This document shows positions 1-13,002 of a DNA stretch of 64,000 nucleotides, piece after piece. The DNA lies in contig OZ024758.1 of NCBI GenBank assembly GCA_964016885.1, positions 30,876,001 through 30,940,000 of the forward strand. The letters are read 5' to 3'. The stretch's first letter is position 1. The number at the start of each line of letters is the position of its first letter. Source of the stretch: Eledone cirrhosa. Taxonomy: Eukaryota. The position numbers and the translations under genes were made by a program. Below the pieces are notes generated by a model. It saw only the letters and a program-made list of their open reading frames with translations, did no database searches and had not been told where the DNA came from.

Positions 1-1065
1 AATAATAATATGATCACCTTCAGCATAATTTAGTTAAACTACTCTATAGTTAGTACACTTTATGCTTTAAAAGTCTCTCTTGGAAGGTGCACCTCACCAT
101 AGAATTTAGGGTCTATATTGGGACACATTTTAATGGCTAGATATAGAAACCCCAGAGTTACCTCCCCGCATGCATTAACTCCCCTTAGCCACACACACAC
201 TTCCGGTATTCAATGGCGTTTCTCGAAACGTAACAACCTCCTGTATCGAACTAAAGAACACCAGACTACGATCTCTAACTGGATTGTCGTGGATTATGTG
301 AAAGGCATATAATCGAAATATACACTCCCTTGACCATGAAAATGCCGAAGTACATGAATTACTTGACATCCCTGCGCTGTGCATCTCCAATACTTATAAC
401 ACTTTTAATGCTTGCACTATCTTTAATGCTTATAATATTTCTCCACACACAGACTATATCAATCATATAAAGACTTTGCCACCAGATCTACCAACCTAAC
501 ACTCTTATTTACCTACCTAAGTGCCTCTACCACACATATCTCTCTGCCATACTATATAAACAAGACGCACATGCGTGCCACACATATAACATTTGCACTA
601 TATAACCACTTATCTTCATGTTGTACTTTAACCTATATCTTTGATTTTTGATTGTACCTATTAATATAAATGTAATCTCGAAGTGTGTACTGCCACTCTA
701 AATTCTGTAATGAATGTTGACCCACAATGTTTGAATATGTATCAATGTTTGAATATGTATTGGTATGTCTCTCGGCTGAAAAGGAGGTCATATAACTGTC
801 CATGCATTAATAAATTGCTCCGAAGAATCCAAACCTCGGTTTGGAGGAAACAGCTGTAAGCACAATAATGTTTTGAACAGTTCTTTGATTCTTATATTTC
901 ATATAACTGCTCTGTAAATCATCTGATGTTTTTACATTGAGCTACTTAACTTACTGGTAATAAGGTAGTAATACATTATTGCCTACCACTATTTAGGGTG
1001 TGTGTAAAATACTTACAACTGCTTAAGGTTTTGTGTTTACATAACCATAAATAGTATAACTAATA
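1..1065 (+). mobile_element. Decayed 3' part of a Penelope-like element with HHR-like motif, ending at a (TA)n tract
   Basis: Faint endonuclease-like remnant (KEHQTTISNWIV) near 200-400, HHR-like fold at 816-862, junction to (TA)n at about 1066. Confidence 0.45.
816..862 (+). ncRNA. Variant or degenerate type I hammerhead motif
   Basis: TGCT-CCGAAGA-ATCCAAAC CTCG GTTTGGAG-GAAA-CAGCTG-TA-AGCA; 4-bp stem I, 7-bp stem II, palindromic ACAGCTGT; core has U4C. Confidence 0.6.
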
Positions 1066-1095
1066 CTATATATATATATATATTTCCCACTCATC

Positions 1096-1144
<49 letters not shown>

Positions 1145-1154
1145 CCCACTCATC

Positions 1155-1233
<79 letters not shown>

Positions 1234-1443
1234 CCCACTCATCGGTATATATATATATATATATTTCCCACTCATCGGTATATATATAAATATATATATT
1301 TCCCACTCATCGGTATATATATATATATATATATTTCCCACTCATCGGTATATATATAAATATATATATTTCCCACTCATCGGTATATATATAAATATAT
1401 ATATTTCCCACTCATCGGTATATATATATATTTCCCACTCAAC

Positions 1444-1510
<67 letters not shown>

Positions 1511-1784
1511 TTTGAGTATATGTTGGTTATATACCAACACCTCAGTAAGCAGGCAGGAGCACTCGATGAAGTGCGCAGGTTGGTTTGGTTACTCCGGAGT
1601 AATGTAAAATAAAGTTAAATAAAAAGTAAAATGTTTAAAATTTAGCTTCGTTTATAACCGAAGCTAAATTTTAAACATTTGACTTTTTATTTAACTTTAT
1701 TTTATATATATATATATATATATTTCTCACTCAACGGTATATATATATATATATATATATATTTCCCACTCAACGGTATATATA

Positions 1785-1828
<44 letters not shown>

Positions 1829-1840
1829 CTCACTCAACGC
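1066..1840. repeat. Composite minisatellite: TTTCCCACTCA(T/A)CGGTA units separated by variable (TA)n
   Basis: Nine units at 1083-1447 and three variants at 1723-1840. Confidence 0.9.
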
Positions 1841-1972
1841 AGATTATGTAATAACACACAATGCATAGAATCAGTTTCTTTTTCTTGAAAATAATCGAAG
1901 GATTTCTACTTGAAACTTCCTGAAATTTTTCTTGTAGTGTATGAAAGAGGAAGGGTACTATTCATACATCCT

Positions 1973-2070
1973 CTCTTCTTCTTTTTCTTCTTCTTCTTCT
2001 TCTTCTTCTTCTTCTTCTTCTTCTTCTTCTTCTTCTTCTTCTTCTTCTTCTTCTTCTTCTCCTCCTTCTC
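1973..2070. repeat. (TTC)n microsatellite
   Basis: Direct reading; explains the poly-K and poly-F ORFs. Confidence 0.95.
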
Positions 2071-2401
2071 CACCAACTCCTCACTGGTTCTATTTTCCTT
2101 GCTGTCTATCGTAAAAACTGTTCGCTGTCTGTTCAATTTACGGAAATAGATTTAATCGATATTTAGTATTCTGCCGAACAACAGACACATTTTTGCCGAA
2201 GCAATTCGTTTTTAATCGATTCCTGGGGCGATATGTACAACATAGGACAGTGAAATACCCTTATTTCTTCGTTTATATATGTCTATCTAGTTAGAGGTGC
2301 TGCTAGTTGATGTCACACCTATCAGACACTTCTTAATGTCCATCGTAAGTAATTGCATCATTTTGACTATCCAGGGGGTTAGATAGGTAGTATCTATGCA
2401 T

Positions 2402-2604
2402 GTAGGGTCCCACAACTTCTGATGGGGTCGTAGGATGGTCCCACAACTTCTGATGGAGTGGTAGGGTGCCATATTGACATATGGTCCCACAACTTCTGAT
2501 GGGGTCGTAGGATGGTCCCACAACTTCTGATGGAGTCGTAGGGTGCCATATTGACATATGGTCCCACAACTTCTGATGGAGTGGTAGGGTGCCATATTGA
2601 CATA
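2402..2604. repeat. Tandem repeat of alternating 31-bp and 46-bp units (GGTCCCACAACTTCTGATGG core)
   Basis: Five core copies; reverse complement resembles the 3' extension of the SINE-headed elements at 28150-28270 and 28500-28620. Confidence 0.8.
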
Positions 2605-3075
2605 CGGCGTTTCTAAGGAATTTTAATACTTGGCGGTCCTCACCCCTTCTCCATGTCTGAATACAGCAGATTTCTTCCAATGAAGAAAGGAAGTGAAAAA
2701 GAGATATAAAGGAAATATCGACCTCAGTACTAGGCTGGTTCTTTTTTTTTTATCGACCTCAAATGGATGAAAGGCAAAATTGACCTCGGTGGGATTTGAA
2801 CTCAGGGAGCAGAGAGTGGAAATAAATACCATAAAGCATTCTATCCGACGTTCTAATGACTGCCGATTTACCACCTGATATCTATGAATATCGGACAAAA
2901 CTCTTTGCTGGGTTTAATTGTGACTTTCTCCATTCTGAGTTCTAGTCCCGCCGAGATTAACTTTGCTCTTTATTCTTCCGGGGTCAATAAAAAAAAGCAC
3001 ACGTTAAGAAGTGAGATCAATATAATTGATTTTCTCCTTCCCCCAAATTACTGGTCTTGTGCCAGTGTTAGAAAT
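2605..3075. mobile_element. Two diverged tRNA-derived SINE copies in opposite orientations
   Basis: GATGAAAGGCAAAATTGACCTCGGTGGGATTTGAACTCAG at about 2767 (minus) and CTGAGTTCTAGTCCCGCCGAGATTAACTTTGC at about 2935 (plus). Confidence 0.7.
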
Positions 3076-3898
3076 GATTATTCCAACTATCTGAAATGAA
3101 TTTCGTAAGTTTCTCAAGTGCCTGTATTCGTTCAATGACGCTTAGCTGGGTGAAGGACACCGGGCTTAGTTATATATATCGACAAATTGTAACTTACTTT
3201 CTTAATAGTACATATATAACTGAAGATTAGTGGCTAAGAGTCGAAACTGGTTACTAGAATCAGGTTGTATGGTAGATTACCATTTGCTCTATGTATGTAC
3301 GTACGTATGAACCTGTAACTCTTGATGGAGTCGTAGTGATATACAGCCTTTCTTGGGCATTTAAAATAATCTAGTGGAGCCCATCGTATCTCCATAGCTG
3401 AATATGGCTGATTTCTTCCTGAGCAGGAGAGAATGAGAGTGATAAATAGGTAGTGAGAAAGAGATATAGACGAGGTATTGACCCCAGTTCAGATATGGCA
3501 TGTTTTATCGATCTTTATTCGAACATGTTTGCTGCCAAATGTGCAATAGTATGTATTTCGCTTACAATTAATATTCACCGAAATTACCGTTCGTTCTTAA
3601 TGTTTCGCTCAAAATGACCTTGCTAAAAATTAACTTCGCTCAAAATGACTTCGTTTAAAATGAATGGAACCCTTGAAAGGATGGAAGACCTAGTTGATTT
3701 CGGTAGGTTTTAAACTCAAAACGCAGAAAGCTGAAAAGAGTATCTAACATTCTATTCTAAATTCTAACGACTCTGCTAATATGCCGCCTCGCTTGCTCCA
3801 TAAGTCAAACTTCATAAATAATTAGCAATGTTATTTCTTTGATTTCAATGATATCTGTAGTTTGAAGAAGTAACTCCGTCCGTTAATTTTATGGTAGA

Positions 3899-4103
3899 CT
3901 AGACCACCTGTGACCCGTTGGGTACACGTTCACTTAAACATTTTTTTTTAAAAATAACTAACATATACACAGATATACATACATGTATATAATGTAAAAT
4001 GAAATTGGAATGCCCATATATATATATATATATGATTACGAGCTGAGGATCCGCTTCGGTGAAACAATTGTTCTCGGTATGGTGAACTAACTGTTGTGTA
4101 ACC

Positions 4104-4178
<75 letters not shown>

Positions 4179-4233
4179 CAGCATTCAGAGACAGACACAC
4201 ACATACATATATATAAATACGCGCACACACACA

Positions 4234-4305
<72 letters not shown>

Positions 4306-4705
4306 CATATTCACACACATACTCACATATACACACACTTAGAAGCCCTTTCTATTTAACAGGATACAGTAATGCTGTATTCGCTTCTTTGAATTCACCG
4401 GTTGAATTCAACAACACCACCAGCTTTCTCTCCCCCCCCCCCTCTCTCTCTCTTTCTCTCTATGTTTCTCTCTCAATCTACTCTCTCACAACCACTATCT
4501 CGTTCTCTCTCTGTCTCTATTTATGAAGGTACCCAGAAACCCCCATATCTCGGGAGCCTGTGCTCCAATTTATGCGAAACTTGTTTTATTCAATTTGTAT
4601 TCCCATTTCAGGGTCAACTTCCTTTCAAGATATTTTCCCATTATGTACCCTTTTGGTTGTATTACATTACAGACAAGCAATCAATCACAGAGTTTTAGCA
4701 TTATA
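3899..4705 (-). mobile_element. Non-autonomous Helitron-like element
   Basis: CTAG end at 3899-3902 with nearby hairpin GTGACCC GTT GGGTACAC; 4410-4700 is homologous to 5945-6282. Confidence 0.55.
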
Positions 4706-4843
4706 CTAGACCACCCGTGACCCGTTGGGTCACGTTCATTTCAAAATAATTTTTTAAAATCATGTTCACTTAAAAATAATGTTTAAATAATTAAAATATA
4801 CACAGACATGTATATATTGTGAAATGAAACTGGAAGGCCCATA

Positions 4844-4942
<99 letters not shown>

Positions 4943-5623
4943 AATTTCTTTAAGTCGTTTCGAAGCCTCGACAATGCAAATGGGTAAATCTCCGGGTAAC
5001 AAGATCCGGTGGTGGAGAGAGAGATGTAAGTGGGTGTACGTTGAGATGCGTGGCGTGTATAAGACGTGTAGCGGAATGAAGGAAAGAGCGTAAAGGATAA
5101 AAATAAAAATAACAACACGAGAGAGAGTTACCTTGGGAGAGATTTAATTGTCCCTATATATTTCGGATTCACATCCATCAACTGGGGGTTTTTTCCGGGG
5201 TGGGGGAAAATTTTTTCTGTCGGAAAGGTGCGAAACGTTGTTTTGAATATCAAAATATTCAAAGATATTCAAAACAACGAACAGCGGAGGACACGTTTCG
5301 CACCTTTCCGACAGACCCCCCCCCCGGAAAAAACCCCAGTTGATGGATGTGAATCCGAAATATATAGGGACAATTAAATCTCTCCCAAGGTAACTCTCTC
5401 TCGTGTTGTTATTTTTATTTTTATCCTTTACGCTCTTTCCTTCATTCCTCTACACGTCTTATACACGCCACGCATCTCAACGTACACCTACTTACATCTC
5501 TCTCTCCACCACCGGATCTTGTTACCCGGAGATTTACCCATTTGCATTGTCGAGGCTTCCAAACGACTTAAAGAAATTTACCTTATTATTCCACAATGCT
5601 TCAAGCAAACTTCAATACTCTCT

Positions 5624-5654
<31 letters not shown>

Positions 5655-6282
5655 GAAGCCAAATTTTAAATATTTGACTTATTTATTTTATTTTACATTA
5701 CTCCGGAGTAACCAAACCAACCTGCGCACCTCGTCGAGTGCTCCAATCTGCATACTTAGGTGTCGGGAAACAACGAACATATACTCAATATATATATATA
5801 TACGTGTGTGTATGTATTTATATCTATATGTGAGTGTGTGTATATATTATATGGGTTTCCGTGATCTATATGCACTGGTCATAGACACACACACATACCC
5901 ACACACATATATATATACACATACACTCACGTCTGTATATACACAGCAGCACCACCAGCTCTCTTCCATTCCCCTTCTATATCTCTCTTTCAATCTACTC
6001 TCTCACAGCCACTATCTCTTTCTCTCTATCCTTCTCTCTCTCTCTCTCTCTCTCTATCATTCTCTCTCTCTATCCTTCTCTCTCTCCCTATTTATGAAGG
6101 TACCTGGAAAAAAACCCGTATCTCGGGACCCCGTGCTCCGATTTACGCGAAACTTGTTTTATTCCATTTGTATTCCCATTTCAGGGTCAACTTCCTTTCT
6201 AAGTATTCTCCTATTATGCGCCCTTTTGGCTGTATTACATTACAGACAAGCAAGCAATCACAGAGTTTTAGTATGATATAGA
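4706..6282 (-). mobile_element. Second copy of the same Helitron-like family, interrupted by TA-associated inserts
   Basis: CTAG at 4706-4709, hairpin CGTGACCC GTT GGGTCACG, minus-strand 5' TC at 6282-6281. Confidence 0.6.
4935..5586. repeat. Fold-back inverted repeat with arms of about 265 bp, pLTR-like
   Basis: 4935-5198 is the near-perfect reverse complement of 5323-5586; extra internal inverted repeats; duplicated ORF text MLLFLFLSFTLFPSF on both strands. Confidence 0.9.
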
Positions 6283-6351
6283 CTAGCAGAAAAACCACCG
6301 TTCGAGAGGTTTTCTGCTAGCACGTGTAGTGTGTATATTGATATATATTAT

Positions 6352-6870
6352 ATCATCATCATCATCATCATCATTCGTCGACTACTGTCGAGATGGATCT
6401 CACTCTCGTGCCCCAGAATTCCCTGTCCCCCATCGCGGCCCCCAGGTCCTGTCTACTCATTCCCGTATCCCTAGAGATAACGTCAGGGAATGACAGCTTC
6501 CTACTCCTAGTCAGGCTGGAGTCAGGGTTCAAGAGCAAGAGAGCGGATATGATTTCATTGCTGGCACGGTGACAGTGGCCAGCAAATTGAGCTCTCCGGG
6601 ATTTTAGAAGGGCAGAGGCTCGAGGGAGTTTGCCATAGATTTTAGACAAGGTGGGATGTCGTTTCCAGGATAGCTTTTGCACTCTCATTAATCTCCTCTC
6701 AAGTTGTGATGTTAGTGTCCAAGTTTCGGATCCATAAAGTAATATGGGCTTAATGGTTGCTTGGAATATTTCCAGTTTTAGCTTGTTGGTAAGTGGAGAT
6801 GTCCATATGGCGTGCATGTCATTGCACGCTGACCATTCCATACCCTTCCTGGTTAGAAAATCTTTTTTGG
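6352..6870 (-). mobile_element. 5'-truncated RTE-group LINE (RT C-terminus) with (TGA)n tail
   Basis: ORF 6371-6841: ILLYGSETWTLT, SWKRHPT, RRAQFAGHCHR; tail at 6352-6373. Confidence 0.85.
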
Positions 6871-6894
6871 AGGAGGAGATATATGAGCGAAGAT

Positions 6895-8165
6895 ACTATA
6901 TATCCGCTAGCATGTGTAGTGTGTATATTGATATTATACACAAGTATATATACATGTAGATATTATATATCTGCTAGCATGTTTAGTGTGTATATTTATA
7001 ATATACACAAGTATATATACATGTAGATATTATATATCTGCTAGCATGTGTAGTGTGTATATTGATATTATACACAAGTATATATACATGTAGATATTAT
7101 ATATCTGCTAGCATGTGTAGTGTGTATATTGGTTTTATACACAAGTATATATACATGTAGATATTATATATCAGCTAACATGTGTAGTGTGTATATTGAT
7201 ATTATACACAAGTATATATACATGTAGATATTATATATCTGCTAGCACGTGTAGTGTGTATATTGATATTATATACATGTAGATATTATATATCTGCTAG
7301 CAGGTGTAGTGTGTATATTGATATTATACACAAGTATATATACGTGTAGATATTATATATCTGCTAGCATGTGTAGTGTGTATATTGGTTTTATACACAA
7401 GTATATATACATGTATATATACATATAATGATATAATACACAAGTAGATATTATATATCTGCTAGCATGTGTAGTGTGTATATTTATATTATACGCAAGA
7501 ATATATACATGTAGATATTATATATCTGCTAGCATGTGTAGTGTGTATATTTATATTATACACAAGTATATATACATGCATATATTATATATCTGCTAGC
7601 ATGTGTAGTGTGTATAATGATATAATACACAAGTAGATATTATATATCTGCTAGCATGTGTAGTGTGTATATTGATATTATACGCAAGTAGATATTATAT
7701 ATCTGCTAGCATGTGTAGTGTGTATATTGATATTATACACAAGTATATATACATGTAGATATTACATATCTGCTAGCATGTGTACTGTGTATATTGATAT
7801 ATATACACAAGTATATATACATGTAGATATTATATATCTGCTAGCATGTGTAGTGTATATATTGATATTATACGCAGGTATATATACATGTAGATATTAT
7901 ATATCTGCTAGCATGTGTAGTGTATATATTGATATTATACACAAGTATATATACATGTAGATATTATATATATGCTAGCATGTGTAGTGTGTATATTGAT
8001 ATTATACGCAGGTATATATACATGTAGATATTATATATCTGCTAGCATGTGTAGTGTATATATTGATATTATACACAAGTATATATACATGTAGATATTA
8101 TATATATGCTAGCATGTGTAGTGTGTATATTGATATTATACGCAAGTATATATACATGTAGATAT
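6895..8165. repeat. 67-bp minisatellite, about 19 units
   Basis: Unit TATTATATATCTGCTAGCATGTGTAGTGTGTATATTGATATTATACACAAGTATATATACATGTAGA; starts at 6961, 7028, 7095 and onward. Confidence 0.95.
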
Positions 8166-8599
8166 GATACATCAAATAAAACTGTAATTGACAATATACA
8201 CAGAAATTGAACGAAGACTGTGTTACACTGTCTTCTGTAATCAGTAACGTAATCCATGATACATTAAAAAAAGACGATATTTTATATAAACTGTATTCGG
8301 AGAAAATTAGTGACGGAAATATATGCGATTATAAGTGTTATAATATAACGGCCGTTAGCCGGAAGTGATGACATTTGAAAATGTTAAAGAAGTGAATCTC
8401 TAACTAAGCTATAACATATATTTAATCAACAGCCACGAAATTTAGCACATAAATTATGTAATATTCATTCATTATTTATTCAAAATAATCCAACTTATTT
8501 TACAAACGGGGTAAAAAGATATATTGTGGACGCAGTCCCGCACTCCTTTCTTTAATATAGTTAAGATAGATAGATAGATAGATATACAAGAAGACGCTT

Positions 8600-8960
8600 T
8601 TGTTATTTTATTTTATCAACCATGAAATTATGAAAGGCAAAGTTGAATTCAGTGAGATTTGAGAGTGCAGGGAGCCGGAAGAAATAATAATGTCTGATTT
8701 AGGCGCAAGGCCAACAATTTTGGGGGAAGGGGAAAGTCAATTAAATCAATCCCAGTGTGTCACTGATGCTTTATTCTATCGACCCCGTAAGGATGAAAAA
8801 CACCCTAATCTCGGTGGGATTTGAACTCAAAACGAAGCAAGGTATCCGACGCTCTTCAGATATTGCCAATCCACCGCCCTTATAAAAAATATTACTAGAA
8901 AGAAATAATTGTTTCTACTTTAGGCCAGCAATTACCAGTACATTACTGGTACTTTACTGG
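8600..8960 (-). mobile_element. Cluster of tRNA-derived SINE fragments
   Basis: ATCGACCCCGTAAGGATGAAA, GGGATTTGAACTC and TGCCAATCCACCGCCC motifs. Confidence 0.75.
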
Positions 8961-9434
8961 GTTATTACTAGAAAAGAAAAATACAATACAATTTGTCCGA
9001 TGTTGTAACGACTTCATGGCGCAAAGAAATGTGATTAAATACTGCAATACACTTTGTCCGATCTGCACCCGCCATTTCTGGAACATTCTTTCACGAATAC
9101 AAACTATTCATGAAAACAGTTGCTATTTTTGTTTAGTTCTAGGTCAGCCATGACAAAAACAAATATCAAGTCATGACCATACCTGCCTTTATTCGAGCCT
9201 TGCGTGTCAAGAAATATATTATCCAATGTTCCCCACCCTTTTCTTATTTGAGGTAGATTTGATTGCGACTTTTAGTAGGTCGAGTGACCACTTAGAGACT
9301 TTGTCCTAGGAGGCCAGGACCCGACGTTCGACTGATTCTGTCGTTCACATTAACAAACACTAAAACTATTTTCTTACTTTCATTTGGACGAAATAATCTA
9401 AATAATCTAATGCTTTCATATTTTTGTGCAACCG

Positions 9435-9715
9435 CAACCCGGTGCAGTCTGCCACTAACCCGGGTTCTGCTGCACGTCGGGATGAGGAGGCAAACTCCTC
9501 AAATACCGGTCTCTCTCCGACAGGTTTGCGGTTGTACCCTTGGCAGTGGAGACTTCTGGTATCCTCGGCCCCAAGGCTACCTCCTTACTCACCACCATAG
9601 GCGCTGAGCTGGCCAGCCGCAGGCGTGAACCCCGCGAGTTGGAGTGGCTTTTCCAGCGCGACTCCCTTGCCGTCCTCCTGGGAAACGCCTTCGCCATCCT
9701 GTCCGCCGGGGCTGT
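9435..9715 (+). mobile_element. 3' fragment of a CRE-like non-LTR element (restriction-like endonuclease C-terminus)
   Basis: GC-rich island translating to KYRSLSDRFAVVPLAVETSGILG...WLFQRDSLAVLLGNA. Confidence 0.7.
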
Positions 9716-10210
9716 GTGTGTGTGTGGGGGGGGGTCGCATAACATTCCATATTTAAGTATGTGCACTATCATTTGTTATATATATAAATTCATTTTAATA
9801 AAAGTTAATGTAACACCCGGAGTGACCCAGTTGATAAGATATTGAACTATCTGGTTTTGCTTACAATATATACTACATCAAATGATTCCACTTGAATATA
9901 ATCATCCATATAATTTATTCACCTCTATGAACATATATAATTTCATGTTCTTATGAGACACACACACACTTACACGCACATACACACACATACTCACATA
10001 TCATATTCGTTATTATGGCTAAGAGATATGTTTTATTACTCTGCAGTTTCACTTTTATACTCACAGAATCATCAAACAAACTGGTGAAATTCTAAAGTAG
10101 CAAAACTCAGCTCTTAGCCATAAAGATTATTATTAATTTTTACTTCGGCATTGAGTGTTCATTCTCTCGTCGTTAACATCACACGTATTTATATATATAT
10201 ATATATATAT

Positions 10211-12633
10211 TTATTCAGGTTTGATGTTCACCACTGTATAGAGCTGGTCTATTCCGTATGGTCAATCGTAATGTAATAATATAGAGAGTACTCAACGTAA
10301 AGCAGTTCAACCGTCTTTGTTTTTGTAGTTGGTGGTGCTATTACGGAGTTAAATATTATAATGAAATGACAGGAGGCTGGATTTGTGTAAATCCTTGAAA
10401 GGTTTATTATACTATGATCATTTCAATGACCGGGTTCCGTATGAATCCGGTGATATCATCAGGTATTCGAAATATAATACGTGAATGTAATAGATAAAAT
10501 CCATGGGGCTGAAAATCGAGGAACCGAGGGCGACCGCTATCTTGCACCCTCTACCTTAGCCGGTCGCCCTCGAGTGACGTGGCTAAAGCTCACAGTGTGC
10601 TACTACCCGTCAAATAAAGGAAAACAGAAAGGGATGGGAACATAAGTTACCACAAAAAAGAAAGAAAGAAAGGAAGGAGAGAGAAGAAGGGGGAAGGAAG
10701 AAGAAGAGAAGCCAGGGTTAATGTCAGCTATAAGAAGAAAGACAGAAAGAAAGAGGAGGGAAGGTCGGTATTACAGTCAGGCCAGGATTGTCGCGAAGAA
10801 ATTTTTTTAAATTCTATGGGACCCGTATCTAAACAACTACTACTGGTCAGATATAGGCAAACAAAAAGGGGGAAGGAAGATAAGTCTGCGGCAGGAAGAC
10901 AGAAAGAGGGGAGAAAAGAAGGAAGAAAAGGAAGAAGTAGAAGAGTAAGGGTTGATGGCTACAAGAGGGAAGATAGAAAGAAAGAGGAAGAAAGGTCGAT
11001 ATTAATGTCAGACTACAGTCAGGCCAGGAGTGGCGCGAGAAAATGTTCACAGGGACCCGTATCTTAGCAGAGGTGAATATAGTGGGGGTCAGTGTGTTAT
11101 AATGTGTGAGCAGAAGATTGAAACGTTACGTTTTTGTTTAGACTTATAGGATGAAGTCAAAGATTAATAATTAATAATTAATATCAAAGAAATTAGAAAA
11201 TTTAAAGTTAAACAGTTTAACATTTTAAGGTTGATATATCTAATAGTTCTGATTTGATCTGTAGTTTAAAGGTACTATGTGGCGGTTAAAAACCGGCCGC
11301 GCTCCGGGACCCCCGGGGCGAATTAAGCCACCCCGAGTATTTTCATTTACCGAAAGAAGGGGAAATTTATTTTTCCAAGCACTCAAGGTAGGCCCTTGCC
11401 CCAGGGGGCCGGTCGCGCCACCATTAAAACCCACCCAACAGAAAGTCCGACAGAAAGTTGGAACTTTAAAATATAGTTTAAATTTATAGGATGAAGTTGA
11501 AGGAATTCAGAATAACATTATAAAATTAAAGAGTAAGAAGAGAGAGAATTGCACAAATAGAAAATTGAAAATCAAACATTTAAGAAAAACTTCTATAAGG
11601 TTTTGGGTTGCGGGGTTTAGTTAAAGAGAGTCTTTTATGAAGAAACGTTAATTGTATTATGTAGATCTATAATTTATCCTAGTGGGATGTAGAGTACGGG
11701 ATATAGCCGGGTAATATTTATTTTTGTTCTCAGGGGGAGACATTCTAGTGTCGTGTGCTAAGTGAGCAAAAGTCCCAATAGGAGGAGTAGAAATACATGG
11801 ATACATCGAAGTGGAATACGTGGAAGAGCACATTGATAAAGCAAAGGTATAAATATATAAATATATCAATATATAAATATAAATATGTAAATAAACCAAC
11901 AAGAGTGGTGTTGGAGTAAGATGGAGAAAACAAGACATAGTAGAAGTACAATATAGTTCAGGTTGCAGTATTAATGTTCCCGGGGGGAGACATACCAGTG
12001 TCGTGTGCTAAGGGTACACGCGAATAAAAGTCCGAATAAGGGAAGTAAAAGTACATGGATGTATAGAGGTAGAATACGTGGAAAAGCATTAATACAGCAA
12101 ATAAATATATAAAGATATAAATAAACAAACAAGAGTCGGGTAAATGGATAGTTCAAGACACAGGAGAAATACAATATAGTTCAAGTTGCAGTCAGATAAT
12201 GCATATAGATGTGGAAATTGTGTCAGTGTGTGTTCGAATTCAGTGTGAGTTATATATGCCCCGAAGTATAGGGTAGCTAATTTAGTTGATACAGTGCAGT
12301 ACAATAATGTTATGGTATAATCCGTAGAGTTTCGTCGTGGTCCGAATATTCTGAGAGGGAAGTAGCAATGGGCCAGGTTGGCGGTAGGCGAAAACACCGA
12401 GTAGCCACAGTCCGAATAGTGGTTAGATATATTCAGTCCCATGCCGCTGTTCATTATTACATTTGGAAGTGCTCAACATTTCAGGAGCATTATTTATTCA
12501 GGTTTGAGGTTCACCACTGTATAGAGCTAGTCTATTCCGTATGGTCAATCGTAATGTAATAATATAGAGAGTACACAACGTAAAGCAGTTCAACCGTCTC
12601 TGTTTTTGTAGTTGGTGGTGCTATTACGGAGTT
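10211..12633 (-). mobile_element. Non-coding or decayed PLE-like element with terminal direct repeat and HHR
   Basis: 10211-10350 repeated at 12494-12632; HHR at 10409-10466; internal duplications (10700-11060, 11730-12190); bounded by TA-rich tracts. Confidence 0.6.
10409..10466 (-). ncRNA. Type I hammerhead ribozyme motif
   Basis: Minus strand: ATAC-CTGATGA-TATCACCGGATTC ATACG GAACCCGGTCATT-GAAA-TGATCA-TA-GTAT; palindrome ATGATCAT. Confidence 0.75.
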
Positions 12634-12717
12634 ATAATTATATATATATAGATATATTTGATATATATTTATTCTTATCGAGCCCTCTTTGGATTTAGTC
12701 TTCAAATTTATTATTAT

Positions 12718-12760
<43 letters not shown>

Positions 12761-12933
12761 TTATTATGTGAGTAACTTGTGGTTACTAGCGGCGATGCTG
12801 GTTGTAGCACTCGATGAGGTTACGGGGTCCGTCTCTCGTTGGATTGTGCTCCAGATTTGTGGTTGTTAGCAGAGTGTATATATAGAGTCCCAAAGCTGAC
12901 TTCTTATTCCCCCCCTCTCTCTCTCTCTCCCCT

Positions 12934-13002
<69 letters not shown>

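Larger units (their letters stand above)
6283..8566 (-). mobile_element. Non-autonomous Helitron-like element containing an RTE insert and an expanded 67-bp minisatellite
   Basis: Terminal CTAGCAGAAAAACC...GGTTTTCTGCTAG hairpin; collinear with the copy at 52023-52878; minus-strand 5' TC at 8566. Confidence 0.65.

Noticed and set aside
1066-1450. CRISPR-like repeat-spacer appearance
   Set aside because: Spacers are only (TA)n, the context is eukaryotic and there are no cas genes
2402-2604. CTGATGG repeats as possible hammerheads or CRISPR repeats
   Set aside because: No A9, no GAAA or stems; intervening sequences are themselves repeated
3217-3260. CTGAAGA...CGAAACTGGTT
   Set aside because: Stems I and II do not pair convincingly
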